Below are positions 63,999 through 64,000 of a stretch of DNA of 64,000 nt, piece after piece. The notes below the pieces were generated by a model. The model was given only the letters and a program-made list of their open reading frames with translations, did no database searches and was not told where the DNA came from. Origin of the DNA: Candidatus Babeliales bacterium (GTDB lineage: Bacteria > Babelota > Babeliae > Babelales > JANWKD01). The stretch is taken from NCBI GenBank assembly GCA_963762115.1, contig CAVXJH010000003.1:399493-463492 (forward strand), read 5' to 3'. The position numbers were made by a program, and so were the translations under genes. The number at the start of each line of letters is the position of its first letter. Within the stretch, counting starts at the first letter, position 1.

Positions 63999-64000
63999 CT

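Overview
Low-GC bacterial chromosomal window. The gene content suggests an intracellular parasite of protists, most likely Candidatus Dependentiae/Babelota (TM6); this is inferred from content, not from a database match. Housekeeping genes (cmk, recJ, lysS, sodA, ftsB, rapZ, ctpA, glmS, rpsI, tadA, dksA-like, gyrB, tilS, mpg, dnaJ, FKBP, sufCBD, pilB/gspE, hup, two lepB, batCDE, tRNA-Thr/Leu/Cys) are interleaved with many orphan Sec-exported proteins. The main signal is a candidate effector system. About a dozen unrelated exported proteins share a signal peptide followed by [A/G/S/C/T]-Met-[Glu/Asp]. Their cargo includes eukaryote-like modules: CaaX (CIIS) tails, tandem UIM/MIU ubiquitin-binding motifs, Skp1/BTB-like+LRR and BC-box+WD40. 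A separately exported cPLA2-type phospholipase is also present, and the window encodes two tandem signal peptidase I paralogs. Other features: a complete IS4-family (IS50-like) element inserted in a covarying palindromic element, a REP/RPE-like inverted repeat, an A11 frameshift splitting a TM-anchored M23 peptidase, a split PilB/GspE, an interrupted suf operon and an MNT-HEPN toxin-antitoxin pair.
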